NCBI GenBank assembly: GCA_039621445.1
Contig: CP154954.1
Span: 22,518,954 to 22,582,953 of the forward strand
Direction: 5' to 3'
Source of the DNA: Euglena gracilis
Lineage: Eukaryota
DNA length: 64,000 bases
Made by a program: the position numbers and the translations under genes. Under the pieces are notes generated by a model, which was given only the letters and a program-made list of their open reading frames with translations, ran no database searches and was not told the origin of the DNA. Of this stretch, positions 36,394 through 48,900 are shown in pieces (within the stretch, counting starts at the first letter, position 1; each line of letters starts with the position of its first letter).

Positions 36394-39300
36394 CTGGAGG
36401 CGATGTCCGACTCCCGAAGAATTCGCAATCCAGTGCGTTCAGATCACGCATCATTATTTGGGAAGCCCTCTTCAGGCCATCGAAACATTTTAGGCAGCAT
36501 AAATAGCACTTAAATTGTGTGTTGCCTTGCGCAGCTTTCTGTCATCCCACAGTGCGCAGCGCACTCGCAGAGGCACTTGCCAGATGGCTCTGCGGGGAGT
36601 CAGGCACGAGGGCGACAGGCGCTTGGGCCGCTGTGCGCCGCCGTGCCAGTGAGGGGCTGCCCTCTCAAGACACTGGAAGGGGGACCCGACTAATCGTACA
36701 TGACACAATCACACAGAAAAAAAGGGAGGGCTCGGAGGAGGTCGAGGATGGGCTCTGTGAACGGGGCGTCCGCTTTGCACAGCATCCGTGGTTGGAAGAC
36801 CATCAAGATAAGTATTCAACAGACTTCCATTTTTCCCCGGGGGAAAGTTGAGGCGGGGGTTTGGTTTAAAGGCCAAACAGAACTTTTGCTGTCAGGCAGC
36901 CTTAAGGGCCTTATGACCGAAAACAAAAACAAAACAAAAGAAAAAGAAAATAGGCCCCTGGCCCTGTGTCCTGTCGCGTAACTTCATCATCCACATGACA
37001 GCGGTTGGTGCTCATCTGTAATCAGGGGGGGTTTCTTATCCGTAATAAATTGCAACACCATCTTTATTGATTGGCCAAGCATGCAGAACGGTTGAAATAC
37101 AATTGGGGGAAACAAATTAATTGCAATGTAACCTCTGAAGCATCCGATCAAAGCGTTGGACATAGACCACCCCTGACCACCGGTCCACAGCCCCCCCCAT
37201 CCCCCCGTAGTGCCTAACCCCCAGGGGGTTTTGTGGGGGTTGGCGGGGAAATATATTTGGGGGAGGATGGGGACCCCCCGGTGCGGTTCACTGGGGGGGG
37301 GGTCGTTGGACACAGGGGGGTGTTTGGCCATTAGTTTCCTGGAGGGGGGGGGTATTTAGAGGCCAATCTGTCAGGGTTTATGGGTAACGAAGCCACTCAC
37401 CGAAAAATAATAACCCCAGACGATTGTTTGAACATTCGAAGCTGGGGGTGCAGGGGGAGTTTTATTATTTGGGGGTTATTAAATAGGGGGGAAAATCAAA
37501 GGCCCAGATTTGGCCAAAACACGCTCCACCAGTCCCCGCAGCCCCTTTTTTGGCATTTTTGGATTTTATTTGCACAACATACGGCATCTTTGAACGATTT
37601 TCATCGGTTTTGGTTCTCTTTGCCATTTAATTGGTGGATTTTCCTCTTTCTGTCCTTTGCCTTTACCTTAATGTTGGGGGGGTAGCATTATCTGGGCAAA
37701 CCATTTGTCCGAAGTCGGTCACCGGGGGGGGGGGGGTAGTATTTGGGGAGTTTTACTTGGGGAGGGAGGGGGCCTCAACTCAATTCGCCCAACAAAATTA
37801 AGGTTCAAAAAAACATCAAAAACATGGAGCAAAGAACGATCAAAACACATACTCACTGGATTGAGGAAAAACAAACCCCATGCTCAGGTGACCTTCAACA
37901 AAACATGCAAGCCGCACTTCCCAGAGTGTTGCAGGAGGTCGCCATGCAGTCCGCAGATTACGGACTGGGGACCCGACGGAGAGACGCACACCCAACCAGG
38001 CTGCCAGGGCGTCGCTTGGTGACCCCCCCCCCAGGGGTCAAGCTCAGAGGCTGGAAAATTGGGCTGGCTGGAAAAAGGCTGTTGGCTGCCCCCACCCCCA
38101 GGGGTCCCGGGCTGGAGCCCAACCCGGGGTCGAACGGGATGCCAAAAAAATCGAAAATCCAAAAATGCCCAAAACACTGCCAAATATGCAAAAAAAAGCT
38201 CCTTTGACCAAATTTGCCCGGCCCATTCTTGGCCCATTTTTGCGCCGCCAAAATCCGAAAATCCGTCACCGTCCAATTAAAAACTCATCGATGGGGGGGG
38301 GAGGGTGTGGGGCTGGAAAAGGCTGCTGGCTGGCTGGATGCCCCCCGGGGATGGGTCAAGTTCGGCTTAAGAGACACACAGAAGCGTTGCAAGGAAACAA
38401 ACACCAGCAATGAGCGCAAAGAATGTCCGACACTGTGGGCCGACCTGTTCTCTGACTGCCCCACAGCGCCCAAATTCCCTCCAAAGCCAAATTCTTCACT
38501 CGAAAGTGGCTTGGTTGGACCATGCCACTTTCAAAAAAAAAAAAAGGAACCAGCACTTCCGACCCCAGGCTTCCGAGGAATCGACCCCTCCGCCGAAAAG
38601 GATCACAATCAATGACCCTGCGGGCCCAATGGTTGCAACTTTCCTGGGTTTCGGCTCCAAAACAGTTTTTCTGGGTCCAGGAGGCCAAAAAAACATGGTT
38701 TTAGGCAAACATTTTTCGATTTTTTTTCCGACTTTTTTTAACTTAAAAATGGCCGAAAACGGCTGAGTCAAAACAGGCCAAAACTGTACAATATGGCCAA
38801 AATTGGCCGAAAAATGGCCGTAACTCAGGCTAGGCGGGGAGTTGCAGGGAAATCAAAACAATGTTATCTTCAATTTAGGTTTCCAGACATTTCCTTTAAT
38901 TCCCATCGTTTTTCAGAAATTTCAGAAAACGACCAGGTCGGAAGCCTGCCACGCTGTTTTGGGCCGTAAATTGGCCATATTTCGGGCGAGGTGGGGAGTT
39001 GCGGGAAGTCAAAATACGGTTAGATTGGGCATTTTGAGCACTTCAATTTAATTCTCCGGACATTTTCTTTGATTTTGCTTCATTTTGGTGATATTTTTAA
39101 AACATCATCATGGGGCATTCCAAGGGCTTCAATTTGCTCTTTGGACATTTTCTTTGATTTTGCTTCATTGCGGAGATATTTTGGAAAACCCTATTTTTTT
39201 GCCCAAAAAAAACGGCCCAAAAACACCCCAAAATGGGCCACAAAAGCGCGCCAGAACACAGGTCAGGCGGGTCGACAGCCAAAATGGCGAACGGGGGGTG

Positions 39301-42032
39301 ATGCCTTTAGGGGTGCATTTGGTCTGTGAGACACTTCCGGAGATAATGCACGTTTTGCACGAGGTGATTTGAAAAAACTCGAAGTCCAGTTGCTCGCGAC
39401 TGAAAAAAAGATTCCGGGAACCGGGCCGGGGTCATGGTGATAATCCGACGGTTCCCCAGGTGGCCCCGACCCAGGGAGGAGGGAGGGGGAGGTTCACTCT
39501 TACTCATAAAGGGATAAGAGCTCAACAACCCCCGACTGATAACCCCCCCCGTCGGGCGGACCAACCAAACCTTGACTTATAAGCCCCCCAGGGAAAGAAA
39601 AAATGAAAAGCCGCCGGGGACGATTTTTTCGGCCGCAAACCACCCAAAAAACTGATTTGGCGATTTTTTAAATGATCGTTTTTCGACCCCCCCCCCGCCC
39701 CAGGGCAGAACGGGATGGCCTAGTGGGGGGGGGGGTCGACCTCCCCCATCCACCACAGCATTTTCACCGATTTCGGGAAAACGGGGATTTTGGCCAGAAA
39801 TTTTTTTGAAATTTTTTTTGAAAAATGAACCCAAAACACATGATTGATTATTTGATGGAAAAACACATTTTTTCACAAAAAATCTCAAAAATTTCAGGGT
39901 TAAAAATTGGTGCTTTTCAGGGGGGGGAACGAAGGTCAAAAAAAGTGGAAGAATTTTGGCACAGTCAAATTTTATTGACATTTTTTATCGTTGAAATTTT
40001 GTGGACTTTCAATGGGATTTTTTGCTTGAAAACCTCCCAAAATCAAAATTTTGAGAAAATGAATTTTTGGAAGGTGTGAAAAAATGGGGTTTTGGGTGGT
40101 TTTTGGGGGGACCCCCTATCCTATATGGGTCCCAAAATGGGTCAAAAAAAAACACCCAGAGCCGAAGGCCGGAAACATTTTTTCGGGTCCAAAAATTGGT
40201 GCTCCCGGAAATACGGGAAGAGGTCCCACCATGCAGGGGGTGGGGGGGGTCGACCCCCCTACCCACCACCCTGGCTGTTCGGCGGTTCTGCCCTGCCCTG
40301 CCCTGCCCTCCCCCCCCCAGACCACTCCTTAGTGTGTATCCAAGATACACAAGTATACACAAATTTTCTTTTGCCGATACACAGGGGAACACAAAAAAAT
40401 TTTTTGGTGAACACAGGATACACAAAAATTTTTGTGGATACACAAATCCAATTTCGGAATACACAAAAAATATGGGTCGATGTGTTGACACCATTGCTAC
40501 AAAATTCTGCGGACATTGGCCCCGGCGCAACCCGAAGCGTGGCAGGGAATCTCAACCTGTGCTGTGGTTGGGGGTGGGACGCTACTCCCTCGTGCGGCGT
40601 TTGCAGAGCCCCGGATGCAATTGCCACACCCATACCCCGGATCACCTGTTTTTTGATTTGTTTTTTGATTTGTTTTGTTTGTTTTTTTATTTGTTTTTTC
40701 AAAACAGGTGCAAAAATCGACGAAATGGACAAAAGGAAAAATCAACACATGCTAGAGGCAGGCTCGCCGAATTGCCTCTTGGCATCATTTTGCAGCTCCA
40801 ACAGAGGTCGGAGTTTTGTGTAGGCAAGACCGTTCCTGGCCATGCACAAAACAGTGCGGAGCATCACCTTCACTTTCGGAATCACAGAATTTGGCAATGA
40901 GATGATCGCATGGGACATGGGCACGTTTGATCGATTGGATAGACCTTGTGCAGCAATGTGGTATGCTCCGTCCTCGTGTGAACATTTGGGAACGAATGCA
41001 CTTTCGTTGGGAGAGCCAAAGCATTTTTCGTTTTGCCAATGCCAATCACCTTGGGGTGTTGTCGAAAAGCATGGCACGTAGCACACCACGTTCCAATCGC
41101 TGGGTCAAAACAAAGCCACTTTCGATTGTTTTTCTAACTGGATTGAAACCTCTTCTCCCTTTTCTCTCTTACGCCCAGGCAATTTGATTTTCTTGTTCGG
41201 TGGGGGGTTCAAAGAACTGGATGAATCTCCAGGGAGCGACTGGGAGCTGCCGCTTGAAGAGTCCTCCGTCTCCGCCCGCTCCCGAGAGGAAGTGAAAGAA
41301 GACAAGCACATTTGCTTCATGTGTACAAGAATCGCACATGCTTCTCCGCAGCATGTGCGGAGAAGCATGTGGAGAAGATGCAGAGGGAGGACAATTACAA
41401 ATAACACAGAAAAATGGGGATACACAGGAATACACAATTTTTTTGGCAATGTACAGGGGAACACAAAAATTTTTAAGATGATCCACAAGCAGGGGTTTTT
41501 TTAAGACCGGGGGGGGGGGTCCCCCCCACCCACCCCCCCCCCTGGGGGGGGCCCCCCGGGGGGGGGGGGGGGAGGGGGGTCCGGGGGACCCACAAAAAAA
41601 TGGCCGAAAAATCGCGAAAAGTGCTAAAAATAGAATTTTTTCGGCGCCTGCGGCGCCGAAAAGTATATCCCACCCCCCTCCGGGGGGTACCCCCCCCCGG
41701 GGGGGGGGGGGGGGTCCGGCGGACCACCCCCCCCACCCCCCCCCCCCCCGGGGGTCCAAACTTAAAAAAATCCCTGACCACAAGGGAATTATACATAATT
41801 TTTTTTTTGCCGATATGCCCCAAGGAGTGGTCTGCCCCCCCCCCCATTTTTGGCCCAAAACCCATGACCCGGAAACCCTGTTTTTGAGCGGAAAATGAGC
41901 GTTTTCCCACCCTCCCCTCAGCCCCCCGTTTTTGGCCAGAAACCCATGCATTTTGGGTCATTTCCGGGTCAAAAAAGTCGAAAAATCGGGAAAAAAATGC
42001 CGCACCGCCGGGCCGCTGACGACCTCAAACAT
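36394..42032 (-). CDS. Gene 3, core of a multi-exon hypothetical gene: exons 42032-42006, 38444-38405, 37964-37918, 36672-36577, 36469-36394
   Basis: AG acceptors and GT/GC donors chain in phase to MFEVVSGPA-VGPQCRTFFALIA-V-RNLRTAWRPPATLWE-CLERAAPHWHGGAQRPKRLSPSCLTPRRAIWQ-RASQIMMRDLNALDCEFFGSRTSPP; no family recognised. Confidence 0.45.
40318..41834 (-). mobile_element. hAT deletion derivative with a TTF-Zn-finger/ZNF862-like N-terminal remnant
   Basis: 13-bp TIR CAGACCACTCCTT, C8 flanks, GATACAC subterminal repeats; fragments …KVMLRTVLCMARNGLAYTKLRPLLELQ. Confidence 0.7.
41490..41776. mobile_element. hAT MITE, family B (CAGG-Tn-AAGACC), nested
   Basis: TSD TCCACAAG/ACCACAAG; CAGGG…CCCTG ends. 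Confidence 0.8.
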
Positions 42033-44023
42033 CTGCCACACGCCTCAAATATCTGCTGCAGCATGACACCCTCACACATGTGAAGAGCTCAGCACAAAAT
42101 ACTGGCCTGATAAATGGGGGGGGTTGAGCAAATATCCCCCTCCTCAAATATGCCAACTTCATTAATTTCTAAAATTCGTCTCACATTTTGCTGACATTCG
42201 GGTACACCGTTGGTGTTGATGGAACCTTCAATGGGCAAATAGCCTTCGGGGATTTCGGGGATGCTTCCATTTCAGGAAAGGCGAGAGGGTGGTGGTGCCT
42301 TCTGCTCCAGGCGACTACAATCCCTGGGGCCAGCTTGATAATAGCCATTTCGCACCCCTCCCATGCGGAGAATGGATGGTGGATGGGCTGGAAAAGTTTC
42401 TGCAGGGGAAAGGATGGACTGTGGAGCCAATGACAAAATGCGAATGGGAAGAGGATTTAGTCAAAACCGTTCAAAAGAATGGGGGAAAGAAAACATAGCA
42501 TTAAATTTGCAAACAATCTGGCGCATTCTAGACAGGTGGGGGGGAGGAGGCTAAAATAGACCAAAATGCAGTCCCGAGCCAGTACATGGAAAGCCATCGT
42601 AGATCGGGAAGGGCGGCGAATGGGAGGAAGGGGGTTCAGGCGACAATGTGGAGGCCTTCGGAAAGTCCCTTGGGTTGAATCTTAACTGGGAAGTCCTGCA
42701 GCCCTGAGACCCAATGTAAACACGACGTGCTTCAAAGCATGAGGGGGGGGTGGGAAGGGAATGACAAATGCTCATGGAACACACTGTTGCAATGTTGCTA
42801 CTTCATATGTACAATCTTAGGAAGAACTGACTTGATACCAGGTTTTAAGCCCCCGGGGCCCAAGTCGACGCAGGAAACCCCCAAAACCCAAAAGAGGCCA
42901 TTTGAAAGCATTTCTCAAATACCTGGACCCCCTGGCTCGGGGAGCCCCCTCAGACCCTCAGGGATCTTTCAAGTTCAGGGGAAGCCTGCTTCACGTTGAT
43001 TAAAATGGACATGTCTAATCACACTGACCTCCCAGAACAAAAATACATTTATTGTCAAAGTCCCAGTGAAGTTCAGTGAAATTAGAGCCAATGTTGGTTC
43101 ACCATGTGCGCTCGGAACCTCTATTTGCACCATAGGACCCGTCGGATTGGTCTAGATAATTATGCTCCCCCAGCACCCTCGGAGAATAACGCTCCGGCCC
43201 AGTCCAATAAAGCCCTATGGTGCAAATGAAGGCTCAGGACACACATCATAAACCAGCATTGGCCTCTGATGTCAATAAATTGAATTCTCTCTTTGAATAA
43301 GGGGCTTAAATTATTATTTTTTGGTGCATGTGAAATCCTGTCTGAGACTGTGTATGCACATACCTGTGCATATCTTTGCCTATATGTGCCTGTGTTTAGC
43401 CTTCATCGACATAATTGCAAAAGACAAACAAACGACAAGGAATCTCCAGCTGTGGCAAATCCAAATGAAATACAAGGGAAGACCGGCGACTGTGGGACTG
43501 GGATATTCACTGAAGGTGTTTGTCAATATGGTATTTAATAAATGGCCATCTATGGCAGGCGTACCTTTCAATACCCCCCAGAGGGGGTATTAAAGTAGAC
43601 CCTTGGTCTTGCACCGCACAACTGGGGTTAGCGAAGGCGTAGGGTAGAGTCAGGACCGGCCGGACTCTGTGAAGCGCATCCTTCCGACTTGGCCAGCCTC
43701 GCGATTCCCAAAGGCAGGATGAGCAGGGGGAAAGAAAGATAAAGGGCACCGAACGGACGGCCCGCACAAGGGACGGGCCCCCCCTGCCGTTTGGGGTGAC
43801 TCTAAAAGGGTATGTTACGGTTCGTGCTCTGTGGTCGGGCAGAAGGGAGACTGTGCGACAGGGGTGCGGCCGAACCCGTTGGCCGGTCCCAACCCCAACC
43901 CTACGCCCTTCACTGGACCCAGTTGTTTACTCCGTCTAGACCAAGGGTCCACTTTGAACCCCCGGGGGAGATTTAACAAATACAGTTGCCACATACACAT
44001 TCAAATGATGTGTGTGTATACAC

Positions 44024-44256
44024 TAACCCCCCCCTAATAGAAATACGGGTGCGCTTATAGCGGACCGCCGCCTCCGGGGGCAGGGGGTGCGCTTCTATTT
44101 GGACCCTAGCTGCACGATTTTTGTTAATTTCCTTTATAAATCCCATCAAAATGGGGGGTGCGCTTGTAGCGGACCGCCGCTTTCGGCGGCGGGGGTAGCG
44201 CTTTTATTTGGACCCTGCGCTTGTAGCGGCCCCGCACTTCTATTAGGGGGGGGGTA
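44024..44256. mobile_element. TA-flanked MITE
   Basis: Cn-TAATAGAA…TTCTATTA-Gn-TA ends; internal GCGCTT(A/G)TAGCGG repeats. Confidence 0.6.
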
Positions 44257-45184
44257 TACCTCTTCCTCTGACAATTTAAAAAAGGTGCAAGCCAAGGGGC
44301 AACTGAAGGAATAGGGATCATGGACGAAGACATGTATGGAGTCCAGGGGAGCAGCGAGGGCCATGAGGGCATGATGGACAGACTTGGTCTGTGTGTTGGG
44401 GTAAGCCATGATTCACTGGCAGTTTCAAGAGGCAGCTCTTAACTGTGTTTCAAGAATGATCTCAAGCCATTATTGGCTTTTTGTTACAACCTCGCGTCAA
44501 ACCACTTTAAGGTATGTACGCCAATTTCAACCATTTGGCTGATTTGCAACCGTTCTTCTAGGGCTAAAAGCCTTTTTCTTCGGCATTTTTTGTCATTTTC
44601 TATTAAAAAAATAGTTCATAAATATTTCTGTCCTTATGGAGACAACCTCGTATCCAAAAAGATCGCATCCAACCGCGGGGGTCATCGTTGGGCAAACCCT
44701 GTCGCTGGTAAAGAGGGGAGGTGCCCTGGGGAGGGGATCCCCCAAGGTCTTCTATGGGAAGCCCAGGTGGGCGGTGGTGCACCTCCTCCCCCAATAACAT
44801 GGCGCCGTGCAGGGTGGAATTTCTTTGCTCGAAAGGGAAGGAGCGTCAGGGAGGGGGTTGGAGCCCCAACCATCAGGGGTGGGTCGGGGTGGGTCATCCC
44901 CACTCACCAATTGGGTTTCCGGGGTTCCCACGCAGCCGCCTCCCTCAAATGGCCACCGAGCGTTTGGCGGTTGGCGATTGGGGGGCAGTGCCGTGCCAAG
45001 TTCTCTCATGGGGTCGGCTGCCGAGAAAAAGCAAGGCTTCTCACCAGGCTCTTGGATGGGGAGGGTGATGCTGCGTGATGGTGGCTCTGCTTGCCCGGAG
45101 GCTGGTTCATAAAAAGGGAGTTTTGAGCAGGGCAACTCCTATCAGCGGGGCAGAGGGGCTCGGGACTGTTTTGTCTGCTCAGCC

Positions 45185-45452
45185 CAGGGTTTTTTTTTTA
45201 AGACCGGGGGAGGCCCACCCACCCCCTCCCTGGGAGCCCCCCCCCCCGGAGTCCCAGGAGTCCCTGGGAGTCCCGGGGGACCCATGCACCTTCCCCCGAA
45301 AATGGCCCAAAAATCACGAAAAATGCTGAAATAGCACCTTCAAAACTTTTTGGTGCCTTCGGCGCCAAAAAGGATAAAAACCCTGGCTTACCCCGGGGGG
45401 CCACCCGACCCCCCTCCACCCCGGGGGTCCAAGACTGGAAAAAAAGCCCCCG
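45185..45452. mobile_element. hAT MITE, family B
   Basis: CAGGGTTTTTTTTTTAAGACC start; TSD GCTCAGCC/GCTTGGCC. Confidence 0.7.
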
Positions 45453-46208
45453 GCTTGGCCCCTCCCCCTCCCCAGAGCCCAAGGACGGGGTCCCGGGGGA
45501 AAGAGGCGTGCCCTGGGCCTGGACGAGGGGGGGCTCCCCAGGCTGCGGCCCTGGCCTCCCTGGGCCGGTCAGCGGTTGGAGGCACCCCGCGGCTCTGCGG
45601 GGTGGGGGGGGGTGGCAGGGGCTGGGGCCCGGCGAGAGGGGCAACAGAAATGCCTGGGAAGGTCCCGGTTCGGCCTTTTTCAGGGTTCCGATTCGAACTC
45701 CGGCTTCTGACTCGCTCGGGGGGGGGGGGTCCAGACGCAGTCTCATCCAGAGAAGTATGGAATGTGCAATCCAGTGGTTTGTTCGTTCAGCGTGTGTGTA
45801 GTGTTCCTGGTGTTCCTCCTCCTGATCTCTAAATAACAACAACTCTGATTAATTCAAAAAATATACACATATATATCAAAATCTGATACATACAAAAAAG
45901 CAATTGTTTTGGAAGGTTGTCGCAGGCTCGAAAAAAGAAACCATTGCCTGGCAGCCAACCCTTTCCCTTCACTTTTAAGACACATATTCCCGCCCAAAAT
46001 TCGCCTAAAATTCGGCCTAACTGGGCCCGAAATGGGGCCTAACTTGTTCTAAAATCCCAAATGTGGGTTGCTGTCGGAACGCTGGCCGTGACCCTAATCT
46101 CATTTCTAAATATAACTCCGACTTGCCCAGGAAATCAGAACCGGGTGGCACCAAACCACCCCTGGAATTCCGACACGTCCCCCCAGCCACACCTTACCCT
46201 CCCTTGTC

Positions 46209-46947
46209 TACCCCGCCCCCCCCCCTATGTCCAATGACCGGTAACCACTGTCCTCTGACCGGGGGGGTGGTCGTTGGACATAGGGTAAACTCCCCCACTT
46301 ATAAACCCCCCGGGGTTAGTAGGATCCGGTTTGGTTGGTCGGCCGAAGGGGGGGGTTAGTAAGTGGGGGGGGGGGTTATAAGTCCCGGAATTGTTGGTGA
46401 AAATCCGAACCCAAAAATGACCCCGAAACCCCCCAAATTGGCAATTTTTGGCAAATTTGGTCAAAAATGGCATTTTTGATGATGGTCGATCTCAAAAAAT
46501 TGCCAAAAAATCAGTTTTTGGGTGGTTTTTTTTTGCGGCCGAAAAAAATCGTCCCCGGCGGCTTTCATTTTTCTTCCCCGAAGGGGGGGGTTTATAAGTC
46601 CCGGTTTGGTTGGTCGGCCCGAGGGGGGGGTTAGTAAGTGGGGGGGTTAGTAAGTGGGGGGGGGGGGGGGGCGTTGGACATGGGGTCAAAAAAAAGTTGG
46701 TGAGTACCCAGGTCCCTACCCACCCAAAAATGCCCAAATTTTCCCTTCCGGCGCTTTGCGCCGAAAATTTTGGGCAATTTTGACAAATTTTTGTCCAAAA
46801 AGTGTCAAAAATGGCATTTTGGCCAAAATTTTTCTTCCCGGCGCTTCACGCCGGGACCAAAAATTTGGTCAAACCTCCGAAAAGGTGTCCTCTGACCGGG
46901 GGGGCGGTCATTGGGCATAGGGGGGTCGTTGGACATAGGGGGGGGTA
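46209..46947. mobile_element. TA-flanked MITE, same family as 51511-52507
   Basis: TACn-TATGTCCAATGACC…GGTCGTTGGACATAGn-TA. Confidence 0.75.
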
Positions 46948-47400
46948 AGCACCGGAAAAGATGGGTAAGCATTGGGGGGGGGGAGGGGAGTGTTTAGTTT
47001 GCCGAAATATGGGTAAGCACAGGGGGAGTGCTTAGAACAGGAAAAATTTTTGATTGCAAAAAAAATCCGGCGGATTGTGCCGAAAAAGAAATTTTTCCCT
47101 TACTTTGGAGGTCCAATGTTGAACTTATAGGCATTTAGATGCAAAATCAACAATAACAGGCTTCAGAAGTTTCTAATATTTCGAAATCTTTGAGAAACTG
47201 TTTTAGAGAAATCTCTCTGAAAACATACACAAAATAGGCCTCCCCATGAAGATGACCTTCAGAAAGATGAGTAAGAACCAGGGTGGTGATGGTGGTGGTC
47301 TGAGACAAGGGTGGTTCTTAGACAAGGGGGGGAGGTCTGTATTTACATCTTTACATTCATTTATCTACATCTTTGAATATATCTGCATCCATATCTACAT

Positions 47401-47683
47401 CAGGCTGTTTTTTTTACCAACCCTGGGGTGCCTGCCCAGGCAGGCATTACCCCCCCCCTGGGGAATCGGATTTTGGCCTGTGCCCAGGCACATTCCTTTA
47501 AAAATTGGCCATTTTTTTTGGCTCCCCGGGTCCGAAGGCGCCGGGGTCTGTGCTAGGGCACTTTTGGCCGTGTGCCCTACCCCCCCCCCCGCCGGGGAGG
47601 GGTCAGATCGGGAGTGCCTTGGAGTGCCTGCCCAGGCAGGCACCCCCCAGGGTGGGGTCGGCACTCGACTAAAAAACAGCCTG
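47401..47683. mobile_element. hAT MITE, family A
   Basis: CAGGCTGTTTTTT…AAAAAACAGCCTG; TSD ATCTACAT/ATCTAACAT. Confidence 0.8.
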
Positions 47684-47726
47684 ATCTAACATCCACATCT
47701 ACATCTATATCTATAGATCTATCTAA

Positions 47727-47887
<161 letters not shown>

Positions 47888-48329
47888 CATCTATCTATCT
47901 TCTGCCTCTCTGTCCATCCATTTGTATCAATCCGTCTGTCAAAATAAACAAATACACACACACACATGTGTGTGTGTGTGTGTGTGTAGGAGGCTCAGTA
48001 TTCCCATATTTCAGAAGCCTTCATGCAACAGGAGATACAAAAAAACATAGCTTTCTGGGTCTCTCCTTTTTACCCTGAAACTCAACTCAAACTCAAATCA
48101 AAATGCAACTCTCTTTCGTCAAACTCACTTCCACCAAATAAAATCAAAACAGCCACATTTTCACCAAAAAAAGAAAAATAAGAAAATAATCAAATGTGTG
48201 CTCCCTCCGCTGGTTGGGTTGTGGAGAGCCAAATGAAAGCAAATGACAATGCTGTCTGGCAGAACACCGTCCGGACGTTGGCGCTGCACCAACTCACTCA
48301 CACAAGACCATTCGCGGCAACGAGGGGTT

Positions 48330-48900
48330 CACCACGGGGAGCCAGCCAGCGGGGTGGGCTCGCTTGGCAGGCAGAGGCGGAGGCGGAGGCGGCGACTGGC
48401 GTGACGGCACAGCGGCGGCGGCGGCGGAGGCGGCGCGGCGGGCGCGGGGAACAAACCCCGGCCCGAGGGGGAGGCCGGGGGGCTGGGGAGGCTGGGGGGT
48501 GGGAGGGAGGGGCGGGCCAGGGCCGTCCCCTTGGCAGCTTGGCGGACTTGGGCGAAGGAGTCTCATCCATTGCGGAGCGGCGTTGGAAAGGACGGGGAGC
48601 CCCGGCATGTTCTGGCGCAAAGCCGCTGTGTCCTTCAGTTCTGTTGGTCCCCGCAGAGCAAAGCACACGCACACTGTTGGCCCGGACGGCGATCCGCCGG
48701 CAACACCCCCCCCACCCTTGGGTCGCTCATCGGTCACGCACGACCGGGCCGGGGAGGGCCCCGTGGCAGACCGGTCCGGCCACACTGCTGCAGCCGCTGG
48801 CGGGGCTGCGGGGCGATGTCAACGAGGCGGGCGACCGCGGACCATCGCCGGGGGGCCACTGTGTTATGCGGGGTCGACCTCGGACCCCAGGGCCCTGCCG
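48330..48900. other. GC-rich island, probable 5' end/first exon of gene 3 (minus-strand ATG near 48570, MDETPSPKSAKLPRG...)
   Basis: Non-repetitive CpG-rich block with (GGC)n; strand and frame are not resolved. Confidence 0.3.

Noticed and set aside
40067-41951. Long ORFs of 243-277 aa
   Set aside because: They cross several nested transposon boundaries; chance open frames
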